Source: Macrostomum lignano (lineage: Eukaryota). From it: a DNA stretch of 64,000 nt. Shown here in pieces: positions 38,658 to 51,900 of this stretch (within the stretch, counting starts at the first letter, position 1; each line of letters starts with the position of its first letter). The stretch lies in the NCBI GenBank assembly GCA_002269645.1, contig NIVC01001960.1, positions 172,908 to 236,907 on the forward strand. The letters run 5' to 3'. Below the pieces are notes generated by a model that was not told where the DNA came from, did not search any database, and was given only the letters and a program-made list of their open reading frames with translations. Position numbers and translations under genes: made by a program.

Positions 38658-40614
38658 TCAAATAATACTTCATGTTGATATTTACCTTTATTTAGTGATA
38701 CTTTTAACCGTAGCTCTTGTTCTATAGCTTCCTGTGATTTAAAATTTTTTGAACTGATAGCGGCAAATCTCTTCTACAGACTGCTTTTTGAATTTTTAAA
38801 ATTGATGCTAGAGAACAAAAGTTATACCCATGAAAGTAACAGTACCTGTACCATAGAGTTACACAAATTATAGGCTGAGCTTCACGAGATCCATGCTGAG
38901 TAAGCTTCAATGAATTGTTGATTTCGGCTTGTCCAACCTGTCAGCAATCTCTCTAATGGTCATTTGGGAGTCCTTGTCAAGAAGATCCAGAATGGAGTCC
39001 ACCAGTACATCAGGTCAATGAATGTATGGCCACCCCGTCTGATGCTGATCTGCCAAGTCAGTCCTTCCCTCGCTGAACTGCTCAATCCATAGATAAACTG
39101 TCATTTTGCTGACCGCAGAGGATCCATGTGCAGAGCAAAGATTGCATGAATTTCTAAGGCACTATGGCCAGCGCCCCAAAGAGTGAAGATGGTACTTTGC
39201 TAAGCAACAACTGAGTGCACATCCATGTGTGTTGTCGAGTATGGGCAATGAAATCATGAACAAATCACAAAATGCAAGCTCCTCTGTTTGCAAGTAAATT
39301 AATGAATTTAATGCTTTATTTTTCTGCGTATGATCTTATCCATAGACAAATTTCAGTCAGTCACAGTGAGTATCATTTTGCAATTGGGCTTTGGTATTGC
39401 TTAAACAAGACATTTATTGATGCCTTCTTAATGAATGAGTGCAGAAGTTGACTATTATAAATTTCAATATAGTTTGTGTAACTCTATGATACAGGTACTG
39501 TTACTTTTGTGGGTATAACTTTTGTTCTCTAATATCAATTTTTTAAATTCAAAAAGCAGTCTGTAGAAGAGATTTGCCACTATCAGTTCATAAAATTTTA
39601 AATCACAGGAAGCTATAGAACAAGAGCTACGGTTAAAAGTACCACTACTTTTTGGACACCCCTTTTACAAATAAGAGTTTTCCTTAAGTATAGCATTTTT
39701 TTGAGTTATGTGCCTCTATATGGTAAGTATACTTATATATTAAGTTATTAACCATATTGGACTAACTAGTCTTTTTTGCAAATGTTATCTAATATAGTTT
39801 TCAACTTTAGTGTTGATACAATATGAAAATAAAATACCATGTAGGCCTACTACTAGTACTAGCCTAGTATTAAGTACTAGCATAAAAAAGCACAAATAGT
39901 GGTAGTATAGTATAGTAATGTTACAATCTTGAAAAAAATTGCTTGCATAGTGTGGCACATCTAAAAGCTTTTTTATATATCTATAGTTTTTGTAGAATAC
40001 TAATCCTAATAAGGAATATATTAACTTATATGCCTATATATGGCAATGGCATATCTAGGATTTTCTATTAAGGAGGCCACATTAAGGGGGGTCAATTGAA
40101 GGATATGCAGTGATTTCATCTGCTGGCAAAGGGGCAAACAAAACAACTTTTTCTAGTAGACAAATTAGATGCGGGTCCTAGAATTTTGTGGTCTGCAGTG
40201 AATGCACTTTTTAGAGTTAAAACAAACATACATAATTTACTCATTACTGGACATTTTGTCAACTGGCATTTTGTCAACCTGCATTTCGTCAACCAGACAT
40301 TATGGCAACTCTGCAAATTTTAGCTGAACCAGCCAGAGAATATGAGAAGTGGTAATGCAATGTCAAATTTATTTAAAATGTGCATAGTTCTTGGAAGCAA
40401 ATTTTCATAGAAATGTTTGGTCCCCAATGGTATTGCCAAGGACGACTTTAGAAGGATGAGGAACCTTGTTTCTTAGAAAATTTATGAAGGCAAGCATTTT
40501 CAAAAAATACACTATGGAGATAGGAAGTTTTCATTTTTTAGCACAAAAATGTTATTGCTTTTGATTGGAGGCAGATCCAGTGTTCATCTTTTGATATGTT
40601 GTGCCTTTCTTATT

Positions 40615-40948
40615 GCTCTATTGATATTCATTAAGCTTTTTGTTCAAAGAATTAGATTTTATATTAGGCCTAATTTTTATTCTATGTACATTTGCATGTA
40701 TCTTGTGCCTAAAAACCATTAAAATGGCACACTGTGCTGTTTGGTTTTATGAGTCTATTTTAATCATTCTTAGCTGACTGTGTAACAAATATTTGTAACA
40801 GAGATGATAAAATAGATTCATAAAACCAAAGATTGGAGCTGTGCCATGCATTTTTATGATTGTTGGATATAGAAAATGTATGTAAAATAAAAAATTAACA
40901 TAAAATCCTAATTCTTTGAACAAAAAGCTTTATGAATATTGATGGAGC
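40615..40948. mobile_element. Largely palindromic MITE
   Basis: ~50-bp imperfect TIRs (ATATTCATTAAGCTTTTTGTTCAAAGAATTAG and its inverse) plus an inner inverted pair 40741-40770 / 40800-40830. Confidence 0.55.
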
Positions 40949-40976
40949 AAGCTGCCTGCTGGTCAGTGGTCACTAG

Positions 40977-41152
40977 CATACTTGGGCGCAACCTAGGGAT
41001 TCACCCGACCGTTTCTATTGATTGGCAACACACACATGTAAGTCACTATTGGCCGGAATAGTAGTCACGTGACTACTCTCAGCCAATAGCGACTTACATA
41101 TGTGTATTGCCAATAGAAATGGCCAAGTGATTCCCAAGGTTACGCATGTATG
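40977..41152. mobile_element. Small palindromic MITE with CATAC...GTATG termini (hAT-like)
   Basis: Termini resemble the 31179/35885 family. Approximate 8-bp TSD GTCACTAG/GCCACTAG. The interior is a hairpin centred on GTAGTCACGTGACTAC. Confidence 0.5.
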
Positions 41153-43768
41153 CCACTAGTCATGTCGCACATATTATTATTTTTTTTGGCTCAGGCAAGA
41201 AGCCTGTTTGGCCAATATATTTCTGTGTATTTAAGATTACTTCAGGAATAGGATACAATATTTTAGCATTAGTTATTTAATTATGATTAGTACCAGTTTT
41301 GCAATATAGTATTTGAAAAAAAAATGCGGAAATGTTATTAACAAAACTTGCACAATTAACGAAGCGAAAGAAAAAGCAAGGAGTTAAAAAAAGTATTGCG
41401 TGAAATTTATGCATGTAGTTGGCGGTATTGCACAAAACAGCTTAGTCCTTACGTTATAAAAGTAAATTATATAGATATTAATTAGATGACAACAAAATTG
41501 TATAAAATATAAAATTTGAAAGAGCACATAGGGTTTTTTGCAGTTTTTACAGATGGACTAAAAACAGGTACCGTATGGCTTTGATGCAAACAAGGGTTCA
41601 TCCAAAATGCAATAGATTGTATGCATTCATCTGTCAATGAAAAATATTGAGTATAAGGATTGCTCATAATATTTGGCGATTATTGTATACATGTAAATAT
41701 ACTGTTTGAAGGCCTTAAAAACCATCTAACGACTTATGGTCATAAAATAGAATTTTTTTCTATAGAAATAGAAACTTCTCTGCAGAAATGCGCCAAGGAA
41801 CCGTACCAAGGACGTGAATCGTGATGGTGGGAATAATAAGAAAACGCGGACTCAGTACTTTACTGCTATACATGTATATAAAACATGCTGAATATTTCAG
41901 GTAAATAAATGTAACTGTACATGACATCGTAAATTTTAGCAGCTCCGGAGAGCTCTTTTCTGAGTCTTTTTTCATTTGTGGCATACTAAGCATAAGTAAG
42001 CATGCTCATTTGTTTCATTTGTAAGCATGCTCATTTGTTTCATTTGTAAGCATAAGTAAGCATATTATAAGTTCCACGCCAGTAAATTGATATTGGGTAT
42101 TTCTAAGAAAAAGACAAGTTCGAAAAGGCTTCTCCATCGTTACAACAAATTGCAAGACACAGATAATAAAAAATATTTGACTATCTATCTATTCTCACAG
42201 TAGTTGCAATAAGTAAATTTTTAAACACACGCATTTGCAGACTTTTTGGCGTTGTACATATATATTCTAAGGCCCTCGTTATTTCTCCGGTACCGGTGAA
42301 ATAATGTTTAGCGTTATTCTAAAGCTCAAAATAATTCTAAATATACTAAATCTCTAATATTTCTATCTGCTAAATCCTAAAATATACTAAAATATACTAA
42401 ATCCTATCCTACTAGCTAACTAAACTAAAAATGATCGAGTTGTTTGTCGTTACATCCATATGCGATTGTCGCCGATTGATTTCAGAGAGAAGCGCGGCTC
42501 AACCGATTTTCCCATGACGGCCCATGTGTCTTGGCTAAGAAATTGCTCAATGGTAAAGGGATTAAATATTCGTAAAACATCATGCTTTTTGAAAAGTCAA
42601 GCAGACTTTTCGGCTTGAAATGCATTATTTGTAAGAATGCTGCATGTAGAGAAAAAACTGTGGTTGAATTCAGATTCTGATTCTGATTGCATCATACTAG
42701 GCTTTTTATTTATCGTCTGTATACTGGCTAAATCAGAGCTCATGACGCAATCAAGGACCACTGTCCATATACTATAATATATAGCTATAGCTATATCCAG
42801 AAAACACAGTCTGGAAGCATACAGTATAGCACCAGACTTTATTTACATGTACATGCAGATTTCGCAACCATTTGTTTTAACTTTAGTTGAAACTGATATA
42901 CTGTGTGACTTTAATTTAACTGTTTGGTGTGTCGACTGTTGACTTATAAGCGCCACAATTCATTTTAAAATTTCGATGAGAGCTATATATATATATATAC
43001 ATGTATATGTATGTGAACAGACTGAACTGCTAATGCAGCGATCTGAATGTAGCGGCTGAAAAAGAGATTATTGCACTTATGCTTAGAAAGGGATTATTAT
43101 TGCACTACGAGCTAAATAAGAAAATGATTATTGCACTGGACGAGACAAGGATTATTGCACTAGCGAAGAAAATGATTAAATTAAAAATATTAAGTTAAAA
43201 GTTAACTCAAAAGTTGCGTCATGTCAAACGTGTCGAATGCCAAGGCTTACTGGGGGATTTCTGAGATGTCAAGGCTTACTGCTTAATTAGGAGCCAAGTT
43301 AAATACTTGTATGTAGCTAAGATTTGCATAAATATTTTTGTCGCTTGCTTATTGTTACTGCTGAAAAACTCAGGACGCAGAACTTAAACTTGGTAGGAAT
43401 TTGTACCATTCTAAAATCAGCCATACTGCTGGCTTTGAATAGTTATTAGTGTTGCACTCCAATTAGTTAGACTTATGACCATAGAAAATGCTTTCAGGCG
43501 GGCCTTGAAAAAATTCCTATTAAGTTTAAGTTCCGCATCCTGAGTTTTATCAGTGCTAGCTGTAATCTATATCTAATATAATGTTGCACCAAAAATCTTT
43601 AATTTCTATGGCCAAAGCCACGTGCATATCTCAAATTATTACAGAAGCATATTTTCTAGAATAATTTTCCTAATAACCACGGATTACACTAAATTCCGGA
43701 TGACGTAGGAGCTTTTCTCGTTCAGAGTCATTCTTGAGCTGATCAGATAAATCAAAGCGGGTTTCACA

Positions 43769-44548
43769 ATGGTGCGGCAAGCCATGACGGTAAATCCCAG
43801 AGAGTTGAACGTCAGCAGCGCTACAACAAGCTTTGCGGCGGATGATGTCGATTGCGACGAGGGCCTTCAAGAAGCAATGATGCATCACAATGCCGATCAT
43901 TCTGCTGAACTTGCGGATGCTACTAGCACCAGTGGCGAAAACGCTAACGACGCCAAGGATTCAGCAGCTTCGACAAATGAACCGACTGCCGCCGCCGAGA
44001 GTGAAACCAAAGAATCGCAGCCTTCGGATGACGCAGAAGCTGGTGAGATATCGGCAAAGAAGAAGCAGGAAGTCATTGAAGGCAGTCCAGGGGAAGTCTC
44101 GTCGGACGAAACCTGTATTCTGCTGGCAACTGCAGAGGACAGGAATTCGCAAATTGAAGTCGAAGTCACGGACAGCGACACAAGGGATGAAGTCGAAGAG
44201 GGCGAATATGAGGAAGGCGAGCTGGAGCAGGCGGAAGAGGATCAGGAGGAGTCTGCAGCTCAAACAGATACAAAGTCTGAAGCCGCTGCCACCGAGGATG
44301 CAAAGTCGGAGCAGGGAAAGCCGGAAGCCGCATTAACTGACGAGGAGAAGAAGAAGCTGAAGGAGGAGGAGAAGCAGCAGAGGAAGCAGGCCAAGCGGGA
44401 GAGAAAGCGAGTGAAAAGGATCGCAAAGAAAGTCGCAAAGAAGGCGTCAAAGAACGAAGCGCTGTTCCCAAAACGGCCGAGTCCGGATGACTACATCATC
44501 AATGTTAGAGTGAAGAACCATCCAAAGAATTGGCCGGCTGAGTCTTAA
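43769..44548 (+). CDS. Uncharacterised 259-aa protein, acidic/disordered N-part and Lys/Arg-rich C-part
   Basis: 780-nt open frame with exon-like higher GC inside AT-rich DNA. In-frame stop upstream of the ATG. No recognised domain. Confidence 0.55.
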   Translation: MVRQAMTVNPRELNVSSATTSFAADDVDCDEGLQEAMMHHNADHSAELADATSTSGENANDAKDSAASTNEPTAAAESETKESQPSDDAEAGEISAKKKQEVIEGSPGEVSSDETCILLATAEDRNSQIEVEVTDSDTRDEVEEGEYEEGELEQAEEDQEESAAQTDTKSEAAATEDAKSEQGKPEAALTDEEKKKLKEEEKQQRKQAKRERKRVKRIAKKVAKKASKNEALFPKRPSPDDYIINVRVKNHPKNWPAES

Positions 44549-45907
44549 ACAATCGAGCTTCGGTTTCCATCAGGCCTAACTATTGTGCCTTTGACAGACT
44601 TTGTTTTGCAATTTAGTTGATGCCTGTGTAATGCAAAATGAGTTAATATCGAATTGATTGAATTAGAATTCAGTTATTTTGATGATCCGGTCATGAAAAG
44701 CTGACATCTCGGTCATAAAAAAGTCTGTTTTTGGTCATTTCAGTCATTCAGTCAGTCATTTCAGGACATATACGATAAGATTGAGTTTAAAAATAATTCT
44801 TTTTATTTTCGTTACGTTTGCAATTACCCGTAATAGTTTCAGAATTGCATGCACATGCCTATTCGCTGTGCATAGTCTTATATCTCAGTAATGAATAAAT
44901 TTATATCAATAATACAAACTGGTGACAGACAGACGCTGCGTGAAAAAAGTGAAAACTGCTATCAACTATACGAGCTAGTAAATCTCTTGTTGATATAACA
45001 TAACTGTAACATGGCATGATATAACATACTTAGTACATAACAGCCGAAAAGACTCAAAGTACATCCGGGGCGAAAGCAAGTACATGCAAATACGCGTTGT
45101 TGAAATTCAACAACTCGTGGCAGCAGGAACGCCAGCGCTCCGCCAGAGAGTAAAATACCATTTTAGATCGAAGCAAGTCCCAGCAGTCACGTGACTGGCT
45201 GCCATGCAGATCTTGACCTTACAGAACCGACCTCTGAAAGTTAACGGGTTGTATGCAAAATGTAATCAGAGTTGGAGCACCGCAGGCGCACAAAGCATCC
45301 GCGAAATTGTTTTTATCGGCAGACTTTTTATACCTCAACAGTAGAGAGAAGAGAAACGATAAGATGAGAGGACAGAAGATAGAGGCGAGAGTGGGCCCTG
45401 GTTGCTATTGTGAAGTTTCAAAGTAACCGAGGGCCGGATTAGAGAGACTTCGCGGGCCGGAGTTTGTGTTGCGACAGGAAGCCGATTCAGCTATTCAAAG
45501 TGTTAGATGGGTCCAAATTTGGCCATAAGCCTCAGATTATTGTAGCTTCGTGTATCCGAATGCACAAATCCAACTTGAATGTGCAGCTAGCTGGCAATGG
45601 GGTGGAGCGTGAGCTCAGAGTACTGTGAGCAGTACCGTGTCTATTCTCTCTCTCCCTTCGTTCTGTACTTATGCTCGTTTTGAAACTCTACCAGATTGTT
45701 CTAACCCGATTTCGGACAGTACAGCTTGTTCTTAAATATACTGGTGTGCGAAGATCACTTGAATTGAATTGGGCCTGACGACGTCTATGATAGACGGAAC
45801 GCGTTGGCAACAAAATTTTACTGTGTGTTTCTGTTGGCGTTTCTTTTCTTAATGATGCAGCAAAGAAAGCAACTTCCAGCAGCAATTACCTTTGGGGCCG
45901 GCGGTCA

Positions 45908-48900
45908 TCAGGCCACGGGGCTGCGAGGCACCAGCAGTAGCAGGAGCAGCAGGCACAGCAGCGGCATGGAGATCGAGCCGCCTGCCACCCGGCCGCCGCG
46001 GCTGGTGTAGAGCGGATAGAAGAAGTCGGTGGGCAGCCGGAGCAGGTACACTGGGCGCTGCTTAGCGCCTTCAAGCGATTCGCCAGTGACATCGATGAAG
46101 GACACGGTGTAGGAGGTTAGAAAGTTGATTGTGCTGGCGTCGCTGACGGCGGTGCAGGACCCGGCGGCGCACTGCACGACGGACAGGGTGGTCGGCGAAT
46201 TAGAAGTTTATAGCTAAATCAACAGAATCCCTTCGAATGGAAGCCTATTCGGTTGAATTCCGGATAGTTAGCTCCTTAATTACAATTACCTTTAATTCAT
46301 TACCCAGTCAATTCTCATTAGTCAACCACAGAAACATCAGGGTGTCGAGAATGCGGAGGACTTCATCTGCGAATATCTCGCCTTTACTCAGGACAGGCTC
46401 GCCTATCTCGGCCCAAACCCGGACCTCTCCGATTTTTTTCAGGCACGAGAACCTCTGCCAGCTCGTCTGCTACCTTAAGGCTACCGGGCGAGCGACCATC
46501 CACCTTCTGGACTCTCCCGGGGCACCACCGGATCTCCCTGCGCGACACCGCAGCACCAGCTGCCCACGGTCGCCAGGGATTAGCGGAATGGGCGGCGACG
46601 CCTCCCCGCTGTATCCGGATGCCCGGAACCCCCTGCAGCTGAGTCGATCATTCGTTCGAAATTGAGGTACCCGCGGTGGACCCTCAGTTTCTACGCGTTG
46701 ATCCTTCACCTAGGCGGAACCAATATTAGCAGTGGAACTACTAAAGGGGGATCTCCTTGAATTTTTTTTTGCTGCGCCGGAACGGAGCAACGCAGGCACA
46801 CGAAATTTCAGAACACGGGCTTAATTTTTGTTGAGCACCTTCTCAAACAAGAATTAAGTCGCTAGACCTCTGAAACGTCGAGATATTCAACAGGTCGGAT
46901 TTTTCATATAAGCGCTGGTGTATTGAATACACCCCTGTGCGCCAATCAGCACTGCGCCGAGCCTCCAAATTTCATCAGCATGTCGACCACATACTGTATG
47001 TCTGCATCAGGCCTGACTTTGTTGGTTACTGGCCTTCATCCAGGTGGACTATATAGGTGACTATGGATACCCTATTAGGAATTTCACTGATGTCTCTGAT
47101 CAAACCTCGACAATGGGCAAGCCTCAACTGCTGGGTTACCCGCAAGTAGTCTCTCAAGCATTCCGACATCACTCTGACGCTTTCGTCACCTTCAGCGGGT
47201 GGCACCATGTCTCAAAATCAGTAGTGAAACTTATACAATAAACTGCTAGCTAGCGGACCCCGACCCAGGCCATCAAAGCGAGGTACTTGCCGGAAACGCG
47301 ATCGTGCCAACATCGCAGGATAGTCTGGCGGCCACCAGTTTGCTCTGCGCATTGGACAGCGAGCCAGCCCGGGCCATCAGCAGCTCCAGCCGGCCGCCCA
47401 GGATCATGTTGGTGCAGGCCGTGGCCGCCTGGCCCGGGCTGGGCTGCACGCACGATGTCGGATCCACGCTGACCGTCAGCCAGTCGCTGGAGTTGGCGGC
47501 GCTGGCGTTGCCGAACGCGGCCAGGGAGATGTTGCCGCCGAAGCCCAGGCCGATCAGAGAGCGCTGGATTGCGGAATTCACCGAGCTGCACGAGCTGATC
47601 AGCTGGTTTCTGGTGGCATTCCAGGACAGGGTCCGCCGGCAGCTGGCCCGGATGTTCTCCCCGAACAGCACCGCCTGGCCCACCGAGCTGCCCACGGCAG
47701 CGTCGTTGCAGGCGCCGTTGGCATCCACCGGCGGCAGGTTGAGGCGCCAACGGTCCGGGCCGGACACCGGGCCGACTGTCCGAGATGTGGAATTTGCCAC
47801 TCCGGCAAGGAGCGGCTGGCCGGTCAGGTAGCCCGGATTTCCGCTTCTGGCAAATAGGTCAGCCGAAGCGCTGCCACTCTGCGGTTCAGCGATGGGTGGG
47901 TGCTGGCGCTCATGGCTGATTGAAGCTGCTAAGCTGGGAGGGTAGCTTAGGGGTGCGGTAGCTTAGTGGTGCGGTAGCTTAGGGGTGCGGTAGCTTAGGG
48001 GTGCGGTAGCTTAGGGTTGCGGTAGCTTAGGGGTGCGGTAGCTTAGGGGTGCGGTAGCTTAGGGGTGCGGTAGCTTAGGGGTGCGGTAGCTTAGGGGTGC
48101 GGTAGCTTAGGGGTGCGGTAGCTTAGGGGTGCGGTAGCTTAGGGGTGCGGTAGCTTAAGGGTGCGGTAGCATTAGGGGGCGGTAGCTTAGGGGTGCGGTA
48201 GCTTATGGGTGCGGTAGCTTAGGGGTGCGGTAGCTTAGGGGTGCGGTAGCTTAGGGGTGCGGTAGCTTAGGGGTGCGGTAGCTTAGGGGTGCGGTAGCTT
48301 AGGGGTGCGGTAGCTTAGGGGTGCGGTAGCTTAGGGGTGCGGTACCTTAGGGGTGCGGTAGCTTAGGGGTGCGGTAGCTTAGGGGTGCGGTAGCTTAGGG
48401 GTGCGGTAGCTTAGGGGTGCGGTAGCTTAGGGGTGCGGTAGCTTAGGGGTGCGGTAGCTTAGGGGTGCGGTAGATTAGGGGTGCGGTAGCTTAGGGGTGC
48501 GGTAGCTTAAGGGTATTGTAGCTCAGGGGTGTGATATCTGGGGGAAGGGTAGCTGAGGAGAGGGTAGTTGAGGAGAAGGTAGCTGAGAGAGTAGCTGAGG
48601 CGAGGGTAGCTGAGGCGAGGGTAGCTGAGGAGAAGGTAGCTGAGAGAGTAGCTGAGGCGAGGGTAGCTGAGGCGAGGGTAGCTGAGGAGAAGGTAGCTGA
48701 GGCGAGGGTAGCTGAGGAGAAGGTAGCTGAGAGGGTAGCTGAGGCGAGGGTAGCTGAGAGGGTAGCTGAGGCGAGGATAGCTGAGAGGGTAGCTGAGGCG
48801 AGGGTACAGTAGATAGCGGAAGTCATGAGTCATGAGAAGCTCGTGAATTGCTACTCATTGGCTGGCAAAATATTGGACAAAAATATGCTATATACTTTAA

Positions 48901-51900
48901 TGCTGGATACTCATGATTCTGCAATTGTCAACTTACAAAATTATAGCTCAACTGAAACTTCTGCAGAACGGCCGTGTCGACGGGAATTGTTCGAAGCACC
49001 GCGTCATAGGTGACCTCCGTGATTCCGCTGCCGTGGGTGTAGATAATGTTGTACCTCAGCTGCAGTGTAGCGGATTTTATTGCCAATTTAGAACTGGTTC
49101 TTCAGTCTGAATGAAGATCAGCGTAAGGAGGGCTGCGGGCACCCTGGGGCATGTCTGCAGCATTCTATACTTACAAACTGACAATGCTGTACACTGTACG
49201 CAGGCACGCACTCGTACACAGCTCACACAGGGTGTACATCAACCCTGACTTTCTAATCGTCAGGCATGTACAGTCTCTGTGCCTGGGGGGGGGGGTTGGC
49301 CCTCATGGCTTTGAATCGCTTGGCAACCCCTGGCCAATTTCGGCGATTTCCGTAGGGGAAGGGGCAAAAAGTGAAGTTAGGGTGGGCGGAAAGTCAAATT
49401 AGGGGCAAAATGGAAATTTGAGGGGCAGAAATTGAAAATAGGGGGTGGAAATTGAAAGTAGGGGGCGGAAATTGAAAGTAGGGGGCGGAAAGTGAAAGTA
49501 GGGGCGAAAATTGAAAATAGGGGGCGGACGGAAATTGAGAGTAGGGGCGGAAATGAAAAGTAGGGGCGGAAATTAGAAGTAGGGGCGGAAATTGAAAGTA
49601 GGAACGGAAATTGAAAGTAGGGGGCGGAAATTAGAAGTAAGATGCGGAAATTGAAAGTAGAGGGCGGAAAGTGAAGTTAAGATGGGGCGGAAAGTGAAAT
49701 TAGGGGGCGGAAAGGGAAATTCGCGGGGCGGAAATTGAAAGTAGGGGGCGGAAAGTGAAAGTAGGGGCGGAAATTGGAAGTAGGGGCGGAAATTGAAAGA
49801 AGGGGGCGGAAAGTGAAAGTAGGGGCGGAAATTGGAAGTAGGGGCGGAAATTGAAAGTAGGGGCGGAAATTGAAGTAGGGGCGGAAATTGAAAGTAGGGG
49901 CGGAATTAGCCATGATAAACAGGAGTGCGGGACCATGCGGTCACACAGCAGCCAAAAATCAATTCGAACCTCGCTCAGCACATTGACGCAGTCGGTTTTA
50001 TCCAGACTGGGCGCTGGCACCCCTGTGCAGCTGAGGTTGGCTCCGGCAGAGTCAAGGCAGAGAATCGAGGCCTGCGTCACGCTGACCAGCTCCGGTCCGT
50101 CGTAGGCAGTGGCGGCGTTTAACAGGGTTGGCTGCCTGCGTGCGTATTCGCTTTGCTGAATGAGTTCAAGGTGAGCTGGACTGGCCATTGTTGTCTGAGT
50201 CTATGGTGTCTGAGTCTATGGTGTCTGAGTCTATGGTGTCTGAGTCTATGGTGTCTGAGTCTATGGTGTCTGAGTCTATGGTGTCTGAGTCTATGGTGTC
50301 TGAGTCTATGGTGTCTGAGTCTATGGTGTCTGAGTCTATGGTGTCTGAGTCTATGGTGTCTGAGTCTATGGTGTTTGAGTCTTGCATTGGGAAATATTCC
50401 AAGGGTTATACGCTAAGGCGTGGGATTCAAGATGCTTTGTTAGCAATTTACCAGCTAGCGGCCTGTGTTTCAATAGGGATGAGATCCCAGATTTGTATTC
50501 CAGGGTGATGAGCAGGTGGGAGTGACGAGTAGCCTTTTTTCGAGCCCTAGAAATTTTTAATTATAGACACAAATTCCTAAATTTTTTGATTCTGCGAATT
50601 GAGGAATCGCATTGTAAAATTGATTTTTGCAGGCTCAAAACTTAACATTTATGAGTAATAAACAACTACTAGCATAAATATTTACTAGACAATAGTTGTT
50701 GCTCAGGCTCACTTCTCTCGTATCTTCTTTCACCTAAAGCAGTGTTCAGCAAACTCCGGCCTTCGGGCCCTCGGTTCCTTTGAAACTTCACAATAGCAAT
50801 CTGGTCCGCTCAAATTTTGTTGTCTAATCTCACCTCTCTGCTCTCTAATATCCTCTCTAATCCCTTTCTCTCCTTTCCTCTCCTCTCTTCTCCTCTCATC
50901 GCCTTTCCTCCCTTATTTTCTCACCTCGCCTTTCTCTTAGCTATCTCTCTTTTCCATTCTCTGTCCTCTCTCCCCATCCTCTGGCCCGCAGTCCTGCATG
51001 AGGTATCGGGCATTCGGGCCTTTACCCTTCCAATTTGGGCCTCACTCCCGCCACTAGTGATGAGGTCTCCGGTCTATATTCTATGGTAAATTAGTCATCG
51101 ATATCGCTAGTTACGCAAGTTCTGTTGAAACGCACTAGTCTATTACAGTAATAATTGCCCCAGATTTACCTGGCCACACGAAAGTTGGACACAAAGCTGT
51201 CCAGACGGACAACGGAGTCTGTGGTGCAGGAGGCGCCCGTCACCTGCCTGGCGCAGCTGCTGTTGGACGAGTCAAGGAACAGTGCCGGGCTGGCGTAGCT
51301 GCAGGCGGGACCGCCTAGCGATCGAGGCTGCAGCAGGAAGCCCGGGAGGACTCCGCTGCCGATGGAGTAGAGCGCCTGCACCGGGACATTGGTCTGCGGG
51401 CAAGGGGTAGACTAGAGGGTAGAATCAGCACTGGAAGGTAGTACTGGAGGGTTAGACTCAGCACTGGAGGGTAGTACTGGAGGGTTAGACTCAGCACTGG
51501 AGGGTAGTACTGGAGGGTTAGACTCAGCACTGGAGGGTAGTACTGGAGGGTTAGACTCAGCACTGGAGGGTAGTACTGGAGGTTAGACTCAGTACTGGAA
51601 TGTAGACTCAGCACTGGAATGTAGACTCAGCACTGGAATGTAGACTCAGCACTGGAATGTAGACTCAGCACTAGAGGAAAGACTCAGCACTGGAGAGTGG
51701 ACTCAGCACTGAAGGGTAGACTCAGTACTGGAATGTAGACTCAGCACTGGAGGGTAGACTCAGCACTGGAAGGTAGACTCAGCACTGGAATGTAGACTCA
51801 GCACTGGAGGGTAGACTCAGTACTGGAAGGTAGACTCAGCACTGGAGGGTATAGTATTGGAGGGTTAGACTCAGCACTGGAGGGTATAGTATTGGAGGTT

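Larger units (their letters stand above)
37799..38694. mobile_element. Truncated Penelope-like element in inverted arrangement: 360-bp arms 37829-38188 (-) and 38335-38694 (+); sense copy from ~38228 encodes a GIY-YIG C-terminus
   Basis: SAINEHLLTCNSC...MLCLLEALYIKTKQPTLNNQL. The arms are exact reverse complements as read. TSD TAGTGATACTTTTA at 37785-37798 and 38693-38706. 29-nt tail at 37800-37828. Confidence 0.85.
37765..39668 (-). mobile_element. Internally deleted mariner derivative with ~200-bp TIRs; left TIR interrupted by a PLE insertion
   Basis: Termini GAGGGGTATCCAAAAAGT / ACTTTTTGGACACCCC with TA just outside. 38700-38870 is inverted to 39470-39640. Minus-strand 38930-39230 encodes a decayed HTH (EIHA...AVSKMTVYLWIEQFSEGRTDLAD...MTIREIADRL) with stops. 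Confidence 0.75.

Noticed and set aside
46237-47241. GC-rich short ORFs in the last TCTN intron as a nested gene
   Set aside because: No recognisable domain or consistent splice structure; possibly decayed repeat.
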